The notes: generated by a model not told the origin, from the letters alone. DNA of 64,000 nt from Candidatus Eiseniibacteriota bacterium (GCA_041946735.1 JBHGAY010000027.1:1-64000), one strand, 5' to 3'. Shown: positions 36,298 to 46,550, counted from the stretch's first letter. Numbers and translations are program-made.

Positions 36298-38751
36298 ATG
36301 GTGTTGCAGGACGGAACCATGCTCTCCCACTACCGCCTCCTTGCCAAGATCGGCGAAGGCGGCATGGGCGTCGTATGGAAGGCGGAAGACACCATCCTCC
36401 GCAGGATCGTCGCGATCAAGCTCCTCCCCAGTGAGCGGTCCATGGATCGACAGCGCCGCCGGATGTTCCTCGAAGAAGCCCGCATCGCCGCCTCAGTGGT
36501 CCATTCCCACATCGTGCAGGTGTACGAGCTGGGGCGGGAGGACGCGGTCGACTTCATTGTCATGGAGTATGTGGACGGCGCTCCCCTGAGCCGCATCCTC
36601 GACGGCGCGCCGATGTCGCCGGACCGGGTGGTCGATCTCTCGACGCAGATCGCGCAAGGGCTGGTCCGCGCCCATCAGGTGGGGCTCATCCATCGCGACT
36701 TGAAGCCGGCAAACATCATGATCACCGCCGAAGGGGACGCGAAGATCGTCGACTTCGGCCTCGCGACCTACATCGAGGCAGTGCAGGCAACCACCATGTC
36801 GTTCGGCGCGTCGACGCCGCTGACCCTCGACGAGCGCCTTGCTTCGCGCCCGCTCGCCGGCACGTTGCCCTATATGTCTCCCGAGCAGGTGCGAGGAGAG
36901 AAGCTCGACGCACGGAGCGACATCTTCTCCTTCGGCTCGGTGATGTACGAGATGACGACCGGGGTCCGGCCGTTTCAAGGGATCACGCCAAGCGATCTCG
37001 CCGCCCGGATCGTCAGCGCAGAACCGCCGCCGGTGCACGACTGCGTCCCGGCGGTGCCGCTGGATCTGGAACGGATCATCGGCAAGACGCTCGCGAAGAA
37101 GCCGGCCGACCGGTATCAGGTGGTCGCCGACCTCGCTGTCGATCTCAAGCACTTGCGCAAGGACCTCGACTCGGGCGTCTCCGTCTCCTACCGGCAACTG
37201 CGTAAGCAGTCCGAGGACCGCGCGAAGCGGATCAAGCGCTGGATCGTCTCGGCATGCGTCTCGGCCGCTGTCACGCTCGGCGGCTTGGGCGTGTGGTGGC
37301 AGGCGAGGCACCAGCCGGAGCCGGCCGGGGCAGGCGCCGGGGCAGGGGCGAATGCCGTGAGCCGCACCGTCCTGGTCATCCCGATGGACGTCGTCGGGCA
37401 GGCGGAGGGAGCGGAGATCGTCGGCCGCGCATTCGCCGAGGCGATCGCGATCAACCTCGCCGAGACGGCGAACCTGGCCGTGCTGCCGGTTCCTTCCGTC
37501 TCCGAGATTCCCCGGGCGACGGGCAGGTCCCTCGCCCGCGCTGCGCGCAAGCTCGGAGCGGAGATCGTGCTCTCCGGATCGCTCCTCCGAGAGGGCCGGA
37601 CGGTCAAGGCGACGATCACGGCGGTCGACACGAAGCGTAATCGTGTGCTCTGCGGGACGCAGGGAACCGACAACGAAGGCGATCTCGCTCGGGTCGCATC
37701 ATCGACGGCCAGCACGCTTCTGGGGCAGCTCGGGATCGTCCGGCCGAAGCAGTACGACTACTTTCGCTACCTCACGTGGACGCCCGCGATGGCGTCTCTG
37801 CCGGACTTCCCTTCCGCTGTTCTGGCGCTGAGGCAGCACGACGTTCCCAAGGGCTTGGCGTATACGAGAGAGATCGTCGATGCGTTCCCGCAGCAGTACG
37901 AAGCCCACATGATGCGAGCCGTCGCGCTGTGCGACGCTGAGAACGTGGATCCCTCGGAAAGGACGCTCCAGGCTTTCCACGAGGAGCTTGACACTCTTCA
38001 CCGGATCGATCCGATGTCTCCGGTCGTCGACCTCTTCCGAGCACAGCTCTATAGAGAGACCGAACCCTCTCGGGGGCTGCGGATGCTGAACCAGCTGCTC
38101 GTGCGCAGAGACCTGACTCCGTCCTTCCGCTCGCATGTGCTTCGAGAGCGCTCGGGCTACCAGGAAACGATGGACAGCAGCAGCGCGGCGCGCCGGAGCC
38201 TGGAGGAGGCGGTGCGCCTCGACCCCGCCAATACTTTCAACTATCACTACTTCGGATCGTGGCTGATCGAGCACCAAAGGTATGCGGAAGCCGCCGAGAA
38301 CGCCCAGCACGCCCTTGCCTTGGATCCGTTCTACGCGGGAACCTACACGCTCCTCGGCAAGGCAGAGGAGGGCCTGGGGCAGGTCGAAGAAGCGCTGAAG
38401 GCGTATCGAACCGCGTGCGATGTCTGGCCCGTTCAGAGCACGTGGGCCTCCTACGCGCTGGCCCTCCAACGCATGGGACGGGCCCAGGAGTCGACCGAAG
38501 CGGCGGTGACGGCCGCATCAGAATCGGAGACGGGAGCCGGTTCGTACGGCTTGGCGGCATTCTGGGCAATGCACGGCGATCGAGATCGGGCGCTGCGCTT
38601 CCTTCGCCGCAGCATGGAGCTCGGCAGGATTCCCTCCGACGCTCAGGAGGACGAGCGGTTCCGGTCTCTGCTGGCGGATGCCGAGTTTCGGAAGATCGTG
38701 CTTGAGGCTCAGCGCTTGCAGCAACTCACGGATGAAAACACCCGCCGGTGA
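36298..38751 (+). CDS. Hanks-type Ser/Thr kinase with TM, TolB-N-like and TPR regions
   Basis: IGEGGMGVV, VAIK, HRDLKPAN, DFGLA, GTLPYMSPEQ, DIFSFG. TM segment followed by TPRs. Confidence 0.92.
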   Translation: MVLQDGTMLSHYRLLAKIGEGGMGVVWKAEDTILRRIVAIKLLPSERSMDRQRRRMFLEEARIAASVVHSHIVQVYELGREDAVDFIVMEYVDGAPLSRILDGAPMSPDRVVDLSTQIAQGLVRAHQVGLIHRDLKPANIMITAEGDAKIVDFGLATYIEAVQATTMSFGASTPLTLDERLASRPLAGTLPYMSPEQVRGEKLDARSDIFSFGSVMYEMTTGVRPFQGITPSDLAARIVSAEPPPVHDCVPAVPLDLERIIGKTLAKKPADRYQVVADLAVDLKHLRKDLDSGVSVSYRQLRKQSEDRAKRIKRWIVSACVSAAVTLGGLGVWWQARHQPEPAGAGAGAGANAVSRTVLVIPMDVVGQAEGAEIVGRAFAEAIAINLAETANLAVLPVPSVSEIPRATGRSLARAARKLGAEIVLSGSLLREGRTVKATITAVDTKRNRVLCGTQGTDNEGDLARVASSTASTLLGQLGIVRPKQYDYFRYLTWTPAMASLPDFPSAVLALRQHDVPKGLAYTREIVDAFPQQYEAHMMRAVALCDAENVDPSERTLQAFHEELDTLHRIDPMSPVVDLFRAQLYRETEPSRGLRMLNQLLVRRDLTPSFRSHVLRERSGYQETMDSSSAARRSLEEAVRLDPANTFNYHYFGSWLIEHQRYAEAAENAQHALALDPFYAGTYTLLGKAEEGLGQVEEALKAYRTACDVWPVQSTWASYALALQRMGRAQESTEAAVTAASESETGAGSYGLAAFWAMHGDRDRALRFLRRSMELGRIPSDAQEDERFRSLLADAEFRKIVLEAQRLQQLTDENTRR

Positions 38752-38759
38752 TCAGGGAC

Positions 38760-40037
38760 CTACCGCGGCCGCTCCCCGCGCGCGCAGGCGGCTGCCCGGC
38801 TGAGCAGTAGCGCTCGCTCCCGCATGTTGCCGGTCATCGACGCTGCCCGGACGAACTGTTCGCGCGCCTCCTCCAGGCGCCCGAGCTTCGCGAGCAGGTC
38901 GCCGTGGACGCTCGGCAGCAAGTGATAGTTGCGCAGCGCGGGTTCCGCTGTCAGCCGCTCCACGACTTCGAGCGCCGCCGCCGGGCCGAACGCCATCGAG
39001 AGCGCTACAGCCCGGTTCAGATCGACGATCGGCGACGGCGCGAGCTGCGCGAGCGCGTCGTAGAGCGCCGCGATGCGCGCCCAGTCGGTCTCCTCGGCCT
39101 TGATTGCGCGTGCATGGCAGGCGGCGATCGCAGCCTGGAGCGTGTAGGGACCGAAGGCGCCGCCGAGCTTCCCGGCGCGCTCGAGCGCCGCCAGCCCCCG
39201 CCGAATCCGCAAGCGGTCCCAACGCGTACGGTCCTGATCGAGCAGGAGGATCGGCTCGCCGTCGGGTCCGACCCGCGCAGTCGCGCGCGAGGCCTGGATC
39301 TCCATCAAAGCGAGGAGTCCGTGGACCTCGGGCTCGTTGGGCATCAGCTCGGCGAGGGTGCGGCCGAGCCGCAGAGCATCCTGGCAGAGGGCCGGCCGCA
39401 TCCAATCGTCCCCCGCCGTCGCGGAGTAGCCCTCGTTGAAGATCAGATAGATGACTTCGAGCACCGACGAAAGCCGGCCGGCAAGGTCGGCGCCGCGCGG
39501 GACTTCGAACGGCACCCGCGCTTCCGAAAGCGTCCGCTTCGCGCGGACGATCCTTTGCGCGATCGTCGCTTCCGCGGCGAGATACGCGCGCGCGATCTCG
39601 ACCGTCGTCAGGCCGCCGAGAAGCCGCAGGGTGAGAGCCACCCGGGCGTCGGTCGACAGCACCGGGTGGCATGCAATGAAGACGAGGCGGAGGAGATCGT
39701 CCCCCACCGGATCGTCGGCCGTCTCGTCGAACTCGGGCATCACGCGGTCCCGCCCGCTCGCCTCGACGTCGCGGCCGATCTCCTCGTGCTTCTCCTGGAT
39801 CCGCTTCTCGCGGCGGCGCAGGTCGATCGCCCGATTCCTCGCCGTCGTCATCAGCCACGCTCCCGGATTGTCCGGGATGCCGGTCTCCGGCCAGCGTTCG
39901 AGCGCGGCGACCAGCGCGTCCTGCGCGAGATCCTCGGCGATCCCGACGTCGCGGACGATCCGCGTGATCCCGGCGATCAGCTTGGCGGACTCGATCCGCC
40001 AGACGGCTTCGATCGTGCGATGCGTGTCGGCGCTCAT
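38760..40037 (-). CDS. ECF sigma factor with long C-terminal extension (ECF42-like)
   Basis: AEDLAQDA, WPETGIPDNPGAWL, DDLLRLVFIACHP, YLIFNEGY, DQDRTRWD, YTLQAAIAACH. Downstream of a DGPF protein. Confidence 0.9.
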   Translation of the reverse strand: MSADTHRTIEAVWRIESAKLIAGITRIVRDVGIAEDLAQDALVAALERWPETGIPDNPGAWLMTTARNRAIDLRRREKRIQEKHEEIGRDVEASGRDRVMPEFDETADDPVGDDLLRLVFIACHPVLSTDARVALTLRLLGGLTTVEIARAYLAAEATIAQRIVRAKRTLSEARVPFEVPRGADLAGRLSSVLEVIYLIFNEGYSATAGDDWMRPALCQDALRLGRTLAELMPNEPEVHGLLALMEIQASRATARVGPDGEPILLLDQDRTRWDRLRIRRGLAALERAGKLGGAFGPYTLQAAIAACHARAIKAEETDWARIAALYDALAQLAPSPIVDLNRAVALSMAFGPAAALEVVERLTAEPALRNYHLLPSVHGDLLAKLGRLEEAREQFVRAASMTGNMRERALLLSRAAACARGERPR

Positions 40038-40174
40038 GAGGGAGATTCCGAGGCATCGTCCAAGGCATCGTCCGAGACATCGTCCAAGACATCATCGGAG
40101 GCATCCCCCGAGTCGATGCGCACGGTTTGCGAGCGTTCGACTTCCGTCATCGCACGATCGAGCCGTTCCATCAC
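40034..40174 (-). CDS. Putative 46-aa acidic bridging mini-ORF, DGPF protein to ECF sigma
   Basis: GTG 40174 shares one base with the upstream TAG (an in-frame ATG follows at 40171). Encodes a 12-bp repeat (DDVLDDVSDDALDDAS). Its TGA overlaps the sigma ATG at 40037. Confidence 0.35.
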   Translation of the reverse strand: MMERLDRAMTEVERSQTVRIDSGDASDDVLDDVSDDALDDASESPS

Positions 40175-40623
40175 TACGACTGCGCGACCCGTCCGGCGCT
40201 CGCCCGACGCGTCATCTCCGCGCGCAGCGCCTCCTCGTGCGCTGCTTGCTCGGGCGGGAAGATGTCCGGCGAGAAGTCGGCCGGATCGAAGATCTGACGG
40301 ATCTCGCACTCCCCTTCGCCGAGGACGCTCAGGAAGCGCTTCGTCCACTCGATCGCCTCTTCCTTCGACTTCACCTCGAAGAGGGCGTAGGAGGCGACCA
40401 GCTCCTTCGACTCGGTGAAAGGACCGTCGACGACGGAGAATTTGCCGTCCTCGAGCTTCACCCGGGCCCCCCTGGAACTTGGATGCAGGCCGTCGGTGGC
40501 GAGCAGCACTCCGGCGCGGGTGATCTCCTCGATGAACTGTCCCATCTTCTCCATCAGTTCACGGCTCGGCGGCGTCCCCGCCTCCGAATGTTCGTCCGCC
40601 CTCAGCATTCCCAGAAAACGCAT
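40174..40623 (-). CDS. YciI/DGPF(AETKE) family protein
   Basis: GVLLATDGLHPSSRGARV, DGPFTESKELVAS, EAIEWTKRF, EIRQ. Confidence 0.9.
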   Translation of the reverse strand: MRFLGMLRADEHSEAGTPPSRELMEKMGQFIEEITRAGVLLATDGLHPSSRGARVKLEDGKFSVVDGPFTESKELVASYALFEVKSKEEAIEWTKRFLSVLGEGECEIRQIFDPADFSPDIFPPEQAAHEEALRAEMTRRASAGRVAQS

Positions 40624-40772
40624 CGGTACTGCTCCTTCCTTTCGATTCTAGCCAACGTCCGTCTTCTATCGTTCCGCTTCATCTCTTCAGGACGTGGGAC
40701 AAGGAGGATTGCCGAACAGCGGTTTCGTTCCGCGCTCCTCGCGCGACCTCCGGATCCCGCGTTCACCATCAC

Positions 40773-40799
40773 GACGAATGCGATCGTCTCGGATCGACA
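40773..40799 (-). promoter_or_regulatory. Probable ECF42-type autoregulatory promoter
   Basis: TGTCGA (40799-40794)-N17-CGTC (40776-40773), upstream of the DGPF-ECF operon. Resembles the TGTCGA/CG(A/T)C motif I recall for ECF42. Confidence 0.55.
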
Positions 40800-40919
40800 C
40801 GATCGAGGACTTCTTTTCCGCTTGGTAGCCGTTTCTCCGACCCGCAATCATCGCCGGTCGAGCGCCGGTCGCGGGAACGAGTGGATGCGAGAACGGATCG
40901 GCCGATGGAGGAAGATCGG

Positions 40920-41714
40920 ATGGGGAGCGCAGAGGTTCACGGGTCCCTATGGGGAGCGAAAGCGCGCGACTACGCGGAGACCGTCGAAGCGAAGTTCGCG
41001 CCCGTGTACGAGAGGATCCTAGGCGAGACGAGCGTCGGTCCTGGGACGACCTACCTGGACGTCGGTTGCGGGCCGGGATTGGCCGCGCATCTCGCCACCC
41101 GGCGTGGGGCGCGAGTGGCCGGATTGGATGCAGCCGCGACATCGATCGCGATCGCCCGGGAGCGGACTGCCGCGGGCGACTTCCGCGTAGGAGAGATGGA
41201 GGAGCTTCCCTGGGACGATGGCTCGTTCGGGGTGGTGACCGGCTTCAACTCGTTTCAGTTCGCCTCGGACTTCCCTCACGCGGTGCGGGAGGGGAACCGC
41301 GTGCTGGAGCCTGGTGGCCGCATGGCGATCGTCGTCTGGGGGCCCGACAAGGACGTTGCGATCGCCAAGATGATGTCCGCGATTCGCAACCTGCTGCCCC
41401 CAACGCCTCCGAATCCGCAACCGCCATTCTCGACGCCCGGTCGGATCGAAGCGGTGATGGAGCAGGCCGGCATGGCACCGAGGACCAGCGGAGACATGGA
41501 ATGGGTGTGCGAGTTTCCCGATCTGCCGTCGGCACTACGCTCCTTCTTCTCGACCGGAGGAATCGTCTCGGCGGTCCAGCAGGTGGGAGCCAAAGCGGTG
41601 AGTCGCGCGATCACGGAATCGCTCGCGCAATTCCGGACACGTGAAGGCGGATACCGGCTGCGCAACGTTTTGCGCTACGTCATCGGGGAGAAGGCGCCGG
41701 GATCGCGAACGTGA
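40920..41714 (+). CDS. Class I SAM-dependent methyltransferase
   Basis: YLDVGCGPG, GEMEELPW, RVLEPGG. GGAGG RBS before 40920. Confidence 0.88.
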   Translation: MGSAEVHGSLWGAKARDYAETVEAKFAPVYERILGETSVGPGTTYLDVGCGPGLAAHLATRRGARVAGLDAAATSIAIARERTAAGDFRVGEMEELPWDDGSFGVVTGFNSFQFASDFPHAVREGNRVLEPGGRMAIVVWGPDKDVAIAKMMSAIRNLLPPTPPNPQPPFSTPGRIEAVMEQAGMAPRTSGDMEWVCEFPDLPSALRSFFSTGGIVSAVQQVGAKAVSRAITESLAQFRTREGGYRLRNVLRYVIGEKAPGSRT

Positions 41715-41812
41715 CCGCGGGTGGAAGACGGAAGCGCTTGTGGTCAAGCGGAAGGCCGCCGAGCAGAGAAACGCCCGGCGGCCTTCCCTTCTGGGCAGAT
41801 CCCCGGCTGGTC

Positions 41813-42715
41813 CTATTTCCCTGCCGGCTCAGGCTGCTCGGTTGGACTGCCGGCCTCGGAAGGCTTCGATCCAGCCGCCGCGCCCCCTGCCGCCTCCTTC
41901 TCCACCAGCGCCTGGATCTCCGCCGGCAGATCGAAGGTGCCCGGCGGGATCTCGACGTTCTGCTCGACCTTGTCGAGCACGATGAGCATCTCCTGCATTC
42001 CGCCCATCAGCACCTGGTCGGTCTTGAACGCGATCCGCAGCCCGTCCACCTCACGGAAGTCGGAATAGCGCGTATCGACCGCAATGTCTCCCATTGGCGA
42101 CTTTCTCTTCGTCGACGTCGCGACCAGGTCGTTCGTCTCCTTGTCGATCAGCCACGTCTCCGGGAACCCGACCTGCGGGGTCAGGAGCACCTTCCAGACC
42201 GGGCGTTGATCGACCGAGTCGCTGCCGGCCAGCTCCACCTTGCCGTAGTACTTCTTCCAGTTCGCGATCCCGTCGAAGTCCGCGTCCCGCAGGGCGACGA
42301 TCTTCTCCTCGCCGCTCTTCAACGACGGGCCCGACATGGCGTTCGACTCCCAGGCGACATCGCCGGTCGATCCGGACTCGATCTTGCCGGTGGCGTCGGA
42401 CTCGACGAGGACGTAGTTCTTAGCGGGTCTCGCCGAGTAGGAGACGAGGGTCCCGGTGATGCCGGCGGCCGGGATCTGCAACGTGCCGGTCGCCTTGCGG
42501 TTCTGGATCTTCGCAAGCGCCTCGCGCCCGCCCATCCCGTCGACCGCCTTCTCGAGAATCGCTTCCGCTGCGGGCGCGTCCTCCGCTCGCGAAAGCGAAA
42601 ACAGGCCGACCCCGAACACGGCGAGCGCGGTAGCTGCCGCGACGAGAAGAAGCGTGACGCCGCCGCGCGCGCGATGCTGGCTTGATCCGAAAACCGATGG
42701 GAACGTGCGATTCAT
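41813..42715 (-). CDS. Exported protein, LolA/outer-membrane-sorting-like beta-sheet family
   Basis: Signal peptide, ILEKAVDGMGGREAL, YSDFREVDGLRIAF, N.EIP..TFDLP. Confidence 0.6.
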   Translation of the reverse strand: MNRTFPSVFGSSQHRARGGVTLLLVAAATALAVFGVGLFSLSRAEDAPAAEAILEKAVDGMGGREALAKIQNRKATGTLQIPAAGITGTLVSYSARPAKNYVLVESDATGKIESGSTGDVAWESNAMSGPSLKSGEEKIVALRDADFDGIANWKKYYGKVELAGSDSVDQRPVWKVLLTPQVGFPETWLIDKETNDLVATSTKRKSPMGDIAVDTRYSDFREVDGLRIAFKTDQVLMGGMQEMLIVLDKVEQNVEIPPGTFDLPAEIQALVEKEAAGGAAAGSKPSEAGSPTEQPEPAGK

Positions 42716-42765
42716 CACCTCATCCTCCTCCGTCCATCTACCGCTTCCATCCGACGCAGCTTCAC
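42715..42765 (-). CDS. Putative 16-aa bridging mini-ORF (MKLRRMEAVDGRRRMR)
   Basis: GTG 42765 overlaps the S41 TGA (42764-62). Its TGA 42717-15 overlaps GTG 42718/ATG 42715 of the next gene. Confidence 0.35.
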   Translation of the reverse strand: MKLRRMEAVDGRRRMR

Positions 42766-44159
42766 TCGCGGCTGCGTCGAATCCATGCAACCGCCGCGTC
42801 GAGCACCGGGTCCCTTCCGGAGAGGAGCGAGGCTCGATCGGCGACGACCTTTTCGTCCGGCTCGACCCCGCGCCCTTCGAGCACCGCCCCACCCGTCGAC
42901 GTGTAGTTGGCGAACGCGTATTGGAAACCGTCGCCGTTCGGGAGTTTCTCGATTGTCGAAGGGAGGGCGGCCCCGGCGGTGCGGGTTCCGAAGACGCGCG
43001 CCCTCCCGAGATCCTGCAGGCCCGCTACGAGGACTTCCGAGCTCGACGCCGACAGGCCATCTACCAGCAAAGCGACCGGCCCGCCGTAGGTGCGCGCCCG
43101 GGGCGAGATCGAGAACTTCAGCCGGGATCCGCGTGTCTGCATCACACCCAGCTCACGGTCGGATCCTTCGACGAGCCAGCCGGCGACACCCATCGCCATC
43201 GCTCCGATCCCTCCCGGATTGCCGCGAAGATCGAGGATCAGGCCGGGCGCGTCGAGGTTGCTTTCGATCGCTTCGCCGAAGGCGGTCATGATCCTTCCGG
43301 GATCGAAGAAGACGGAAATCTTCGTGTAGAGGATGCCGCCCTCGAGCTCACGCGAGTCGAAGTAGGCATACATCGGCGGAATATTGCCGAACGAAACGCG
43401 GTTGCCGCGCGGCGCGACCAGCGGGACGTCGAGGTCGACGCGGCGATCGCCGCCGTCGAGGAATCGTACCGCCACGATTTCCCCGATGGAGCCGGAGAGG
43501 CGCGCAAGGACGGCGTTCGTGAGAACCAGATCGCGCAGCGTCTTGCCTTCGAATTGCGGCGAGAGCTTGTCGAGGACGGCTGCGACGTCCTGATCCCGCA
43601 CTCGCGAGATCACCCAACCCGGGCGGACCCCGAGGCTCTCGGCCGGCGAGCCGGGCTCGACGGAGACGACGAGAGCCTGCTCGTCGACGACGCGAAGATC
43701 GAACCCTGGCCGCCCCTCCCCCCTCGGCCCGGCGTCCAGGTCCTGGTAGATCGTGTTCGGGATGATCCCAAAGTGCGACTGCCCGAGTCGGTCGATCAGA
43801 TGCGTCATCGCGGCCAGCGACTGCTCGCGCGTGACGGCGCTCTCGACCTTCGGCCGCAGGGAATCCCGCGCCGCCTCCCAGTCCGCGCCGACCTTGGTCG
43901 AATCCCAGTGCTTGTCGCGGATCGTCGTCCAGACCTGGTCGAAGGAAGCGACCTCCAGCTCGCGCTGCGAGGGGGTCAGGGGGATCCCGGGCGGACTCTT
44001 CGGCCGGTGCGCGCACGCAGCGGTCAGCATGACGGCGATGATGGCGGTAGCGGCCAACAGCGCGAGGAGCACACCCGCGCGGGCGGCCTTCGGCAATTCG
44101 TCCGTCTCGCTCGTCTGGGCCCTCTCGGTTCTCGCGGTTCTCTCGGTCGTCTGGATCAT
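42762..44159 (-). CDS. S41 family (C-terminal processing-like) peptidase lipoprotein with PDZ
   Basis: Lipobox TAAC, PGSPAE, LILDLRGNPGG, SASSSE, LEGRGVEPD. Confidence 0.88.
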   Translation of the reverse strand: MIQTTERTARTERAQTSETDELPKAARAGVLLALLAATAIIAVMLTAACAHRPKSPPGIPLTPSQRELEVASFDQVWTTIRDKHWDSTKVGADWEAARDSLRPKVESAVTREQSLAAMTHLIDRLGQSHFGIIPNTIYQDLDAGPRGEGRPGFDLRVVDEQALVVSVEPGSPAESLGVRPGWVISRVRDQDVAAVLDKLSPQFEGKTLRDLVLTNAVLARLSGSIGEIVAVRFLDGGDRRVDLDVPLVAPRGNRVSFGNIPPMYAYFDSRELEGGILYTKISVFFDPGRIMTAFGEAIESNLDAPGLILDLRGNPGGIGAMAMGVAGWLVEGSDRELGVMQTRGSRLKFSISPRARTYGGPVALLVDGLSASSSEVLVAGLQDLGRARVFGTRTAGAALPSTIEKLPNGDGFQYAFANYTSTGGAVLEGRGVEPDEKVVADRASLLSGRDPVLDAAVAWIRRSRE

Positions 44160-44280
44160 CTGATCATCTCGGTCTTCGTTCCTCCCCGCCGCCCCGGCGC
44201 GGCGGCGCCCGGACTCCCGCGGATTCTACTCGCGCCGCGTGCAGCGGGCACCCGTCAATGCGGGTTCGATTCACCGACGG

Positions 44281-45627
44281 TCAATCTCGGAGGTTCGCGC
44301 GGGGAGCCGGGCCGGCCGAGCCTGGCCCCCGGCCGAACGTCGAAGCGGACTCGATCGGCGGGAGCGCCTCGCGCGCGATCGCTTCGCCGATCGACCGGCC
44401 GATCTCCGTCCCGACTTCCTGTGAGGAGCGGAAGTGGACGCCGCTCCAGATGCGCGCTTCCTGAGCCTCGTGGGCGAGGCTCGAAAAGCTGGCGAAGGAG
44501 CGCGTGACGCCGACCTCGGGATTCGTGATCCGTAAGGAAGCGCGATCGTCGCCGAGCAAGATCGTGAGGACTCTGGCTGCCGCAGCGGAGGAGACGGCAT
44601 GGCCGGACACGTAGCACGGGAACGGAGGAGTCTCGATCACCGGCGTCCACGTCGTGTCCGGATCGGTCGCGCGATTGCCGTCGTCGCCGGCTTCGCGAAT
44701 CGCCGTGATCGGACGCCACCGCGCGTACTCGTACTTCGCCAGCCAGGCGGCCGAGAGGGCATCGGCGATCGCGGCGCTCATCATTGCGAAGACGCGCGCC
44801 CTCTCTACGAGCGAGAGGTCCGGCCGCGCCGCCACCGCCTGTCGCGCCGCGCTGCTCCAGATCTGCGGGGCATACCAGGTCCAGAACACGCACGCCTCGG
44901 TCTGATCGGCGGTGCGCGTCGCGCTGTCGCGCCCGCCGATCTCGCAGACCTCCGCCAGTTCCTTGGCGTACCGCTCGCTCTCCAGCGGGGGAGGCGGCGG
45001 CGGAAGACGACCGTGACCACCACCAAGCAGGAAAGGAGCGACCGTGCCCCAGTGAGGAGCGAAAGCCGGGGCGAACGCGGGCGGGGTCGGTCTCCAATCG
45101 CCGGGCTTCTGCGGCAGACCGTGTTCCGCCATTGCGCCGGACCGGTCCCGCGCCCGCCAGGCGACCACCTCGCCCCCCACGCGCCGCCCGAACGCGACGG
45201 CCGAGTCCCGATGGGCCGAGGCAGGGAGGAGCGCGAGCGACCCGGCGAGCGCCGCATCGAGAGTCGCGCGCTTCTGTGGATACAGCTCGAGCAGGACGGT
45301 GTGCGCCGCAGCGGCAACCGCCGCCACCGCCGGCGTGCCCTCCTCGGCCAGATCGGCGACGACGTAGGGGGCGAATCTCCGGTCCACCCCGTTCGCCGCG
45401 TCGTACATCGCCGCATGCGCCATCGCAAGCGCCCGGCTCTGCATGAGGCTCGTCGCATCGCGGCCGGCTTCGAGCGCGATCACGTTCCAGCGAAGGACCT
45501 CGTCCGGCTCCGACATGTCCGCGCTGGCGGTCGGCCACGCGTCCCCGGCCGCCGCCGGAGCGGCGGCCAGGGCGGCGGCCAGCGGGAGCAGCAGGGCGGC
45601 CACTCGTCCGAAGCGTGTGATATCCAT
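44281..45627 (-). CDS. Secreted vanadium-dependent haloperoxidase / PAP2-superfamily protein
   Basis: KYEYARWRP (K-x6-RP), PCYVSGHA, RIWSGVHF. Signal peptide. Alternative coupled start at 45660/45663. Confidence 0.85.
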   Translation of the reverse strand: MDITRFGRVAALLLPLAAALAAAPAAAGDAWPTASADMSEPDEVLRWNVIALEAGRDATSLMQSRALAMAHAAMYDAANGVDRRFAPYVVADLAEEGTPAVAAVAAAAHTVLLELYPQKRATLDAALAGSLALLPASAHRDSAVAFGRRVGGEVVAWRARDRSGAMAEHGLPQKPGDWRPTPPAFAPAFAPHWGTVAPFLLGGGHGRLPPPPPPLESERYAKELAEVCEIGGRDSATRTADQTEACVFWTWYAPQIWSSAARQAVAARPDLSLVERARVFAMMSAAIADALSAAWLAKYEYARWRPITAIREAGDDGNRATDPDTTWTPVIETPPFPCYVSGHAVSSAAAARVLTILLGDDRASLRITNPEVGVTRSFASFSSLAHEAQEARIWSGVHFRSSQEVGTEIGRSIGEAIAREALPPIESASTFGRGPGSAGPAPRANLRD

Positions 45628-45659
45628 GGAACGCCTCCTTGCTCCTTCTCCGCCGGCCA

Positions 45660-46550
45660 TCACTTCGTGATGACGGCCTCGAGATAATCGCCCGGGATGC
45701 TCAAGACGTCGCCGCCGCGATTCCACTCGCGCAAGAACCGCGCGAGATCCTCGTGCAGCGCACGCTGCCCTTCCTCATCGAGCGCTGCGAACGCCTTGTT
45801 TGCCGGTCCGTAGAACGTCCGGAAGACGTAGATCCAGTGCTCCGCCGACTGGAAGCGGAAGACATACGCTTTGCGCGTGGTGCGGATGTCGCGGGCGTGC
45901 GGTCCGAAGAGCTCCACCAGACGCGTCTCCGTCCCCCACTCGAGGGGAGAGCGGAGTCCGGCAGGCGGCGGAACGTGCGCGGTCATCAACCGGAAGAAGG
46001 CGCCGATGAAGCCGTCCGGTGTCCAGCTCGCCAGACCGATCTTCCCGCCCGGCTTCGCGACCCGCAGCATCTCCGACGCCACTCGTTCCTGGTTGGGCGC
46101 GAACATCACTCCGAACGTCGACAGCACGACGTCGAACGTCTCGTCCTCGAATGGCAGGGCTTCGGCGTCGGCCACCCGAAACTCGATCGGCAGGCGAGCC
46201 GCGCGAGCGCGTCCCTGCTCGAGCAGCTCCGGAACGTAGTCGGTCGAGGTGACTTCCGCGAAGTGGCGCGCGGCCGCGAGCGAGGCGTTGCCGTTTCCGG
46301 CCGCCACGTCGAGCACCTTGTCGGTCGCGCGTAGATCGACCGCCTGGCAGAGCGTCTCGCCGACGATCTGCAGCTGGACTCCGATCCTGCCGTAGTCGCC
46401 CGAGGCCCAGGTGCTCCGCTGCCGGGCCTTGATCGCGTCGAGATCGGGAAGCTTGGCTGTCTGCGCGGCGTTGATCGCATGAATCGATCGGGCGGACGTG
46501 GCGGCCGAGGCGTCTATCGTGCGGCTCGTCGTGGACGTGGTGCGCTGCAT
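45660..46550 (-). CDS. Class I SAM-dependent methyltransferase (UbiE-like)
   Basis: WASGDY, VLDVAAGNG, DAEALPF, STFGVMFAP, FRTFYGP. Confidence 0.9.
   Translation of the reverse strand: MQRTTSTTSRTIDASAATSARSIHAINAAQTAKLPDLDAIKARQRSTWASGDYGRIGVQLQIVGETLCQAVDLRATDKVLDVAAGNGNASLAAARHFAEVTSTDYVPELLEQGRARAARLPIEFRVADAEALPFEDETFDVVLSTFGVMFAPNQERVASEMLRVAKPGGKIGLASWTPDGFIGAFFRLMTAHVPPPAGLRSPLEWGTETRLVELFGPHARDIRTTRKAYVFRFQSAEHWIYVFRTFYGPANKAFAALDEEGQRALHEDLARFLREWNRGGDVLSIPGDYLEAVITK

Noticed and set aside
44156..44284. Relay chain from the haloperoxidase to the S41 peptidase
   Set aside because: Two chained mini-ORFs end at TAG 44226, leaving ~58 nt before a separate MIR mini-ORF (44167-44156). 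The chain is incomplete, so it was not counted.
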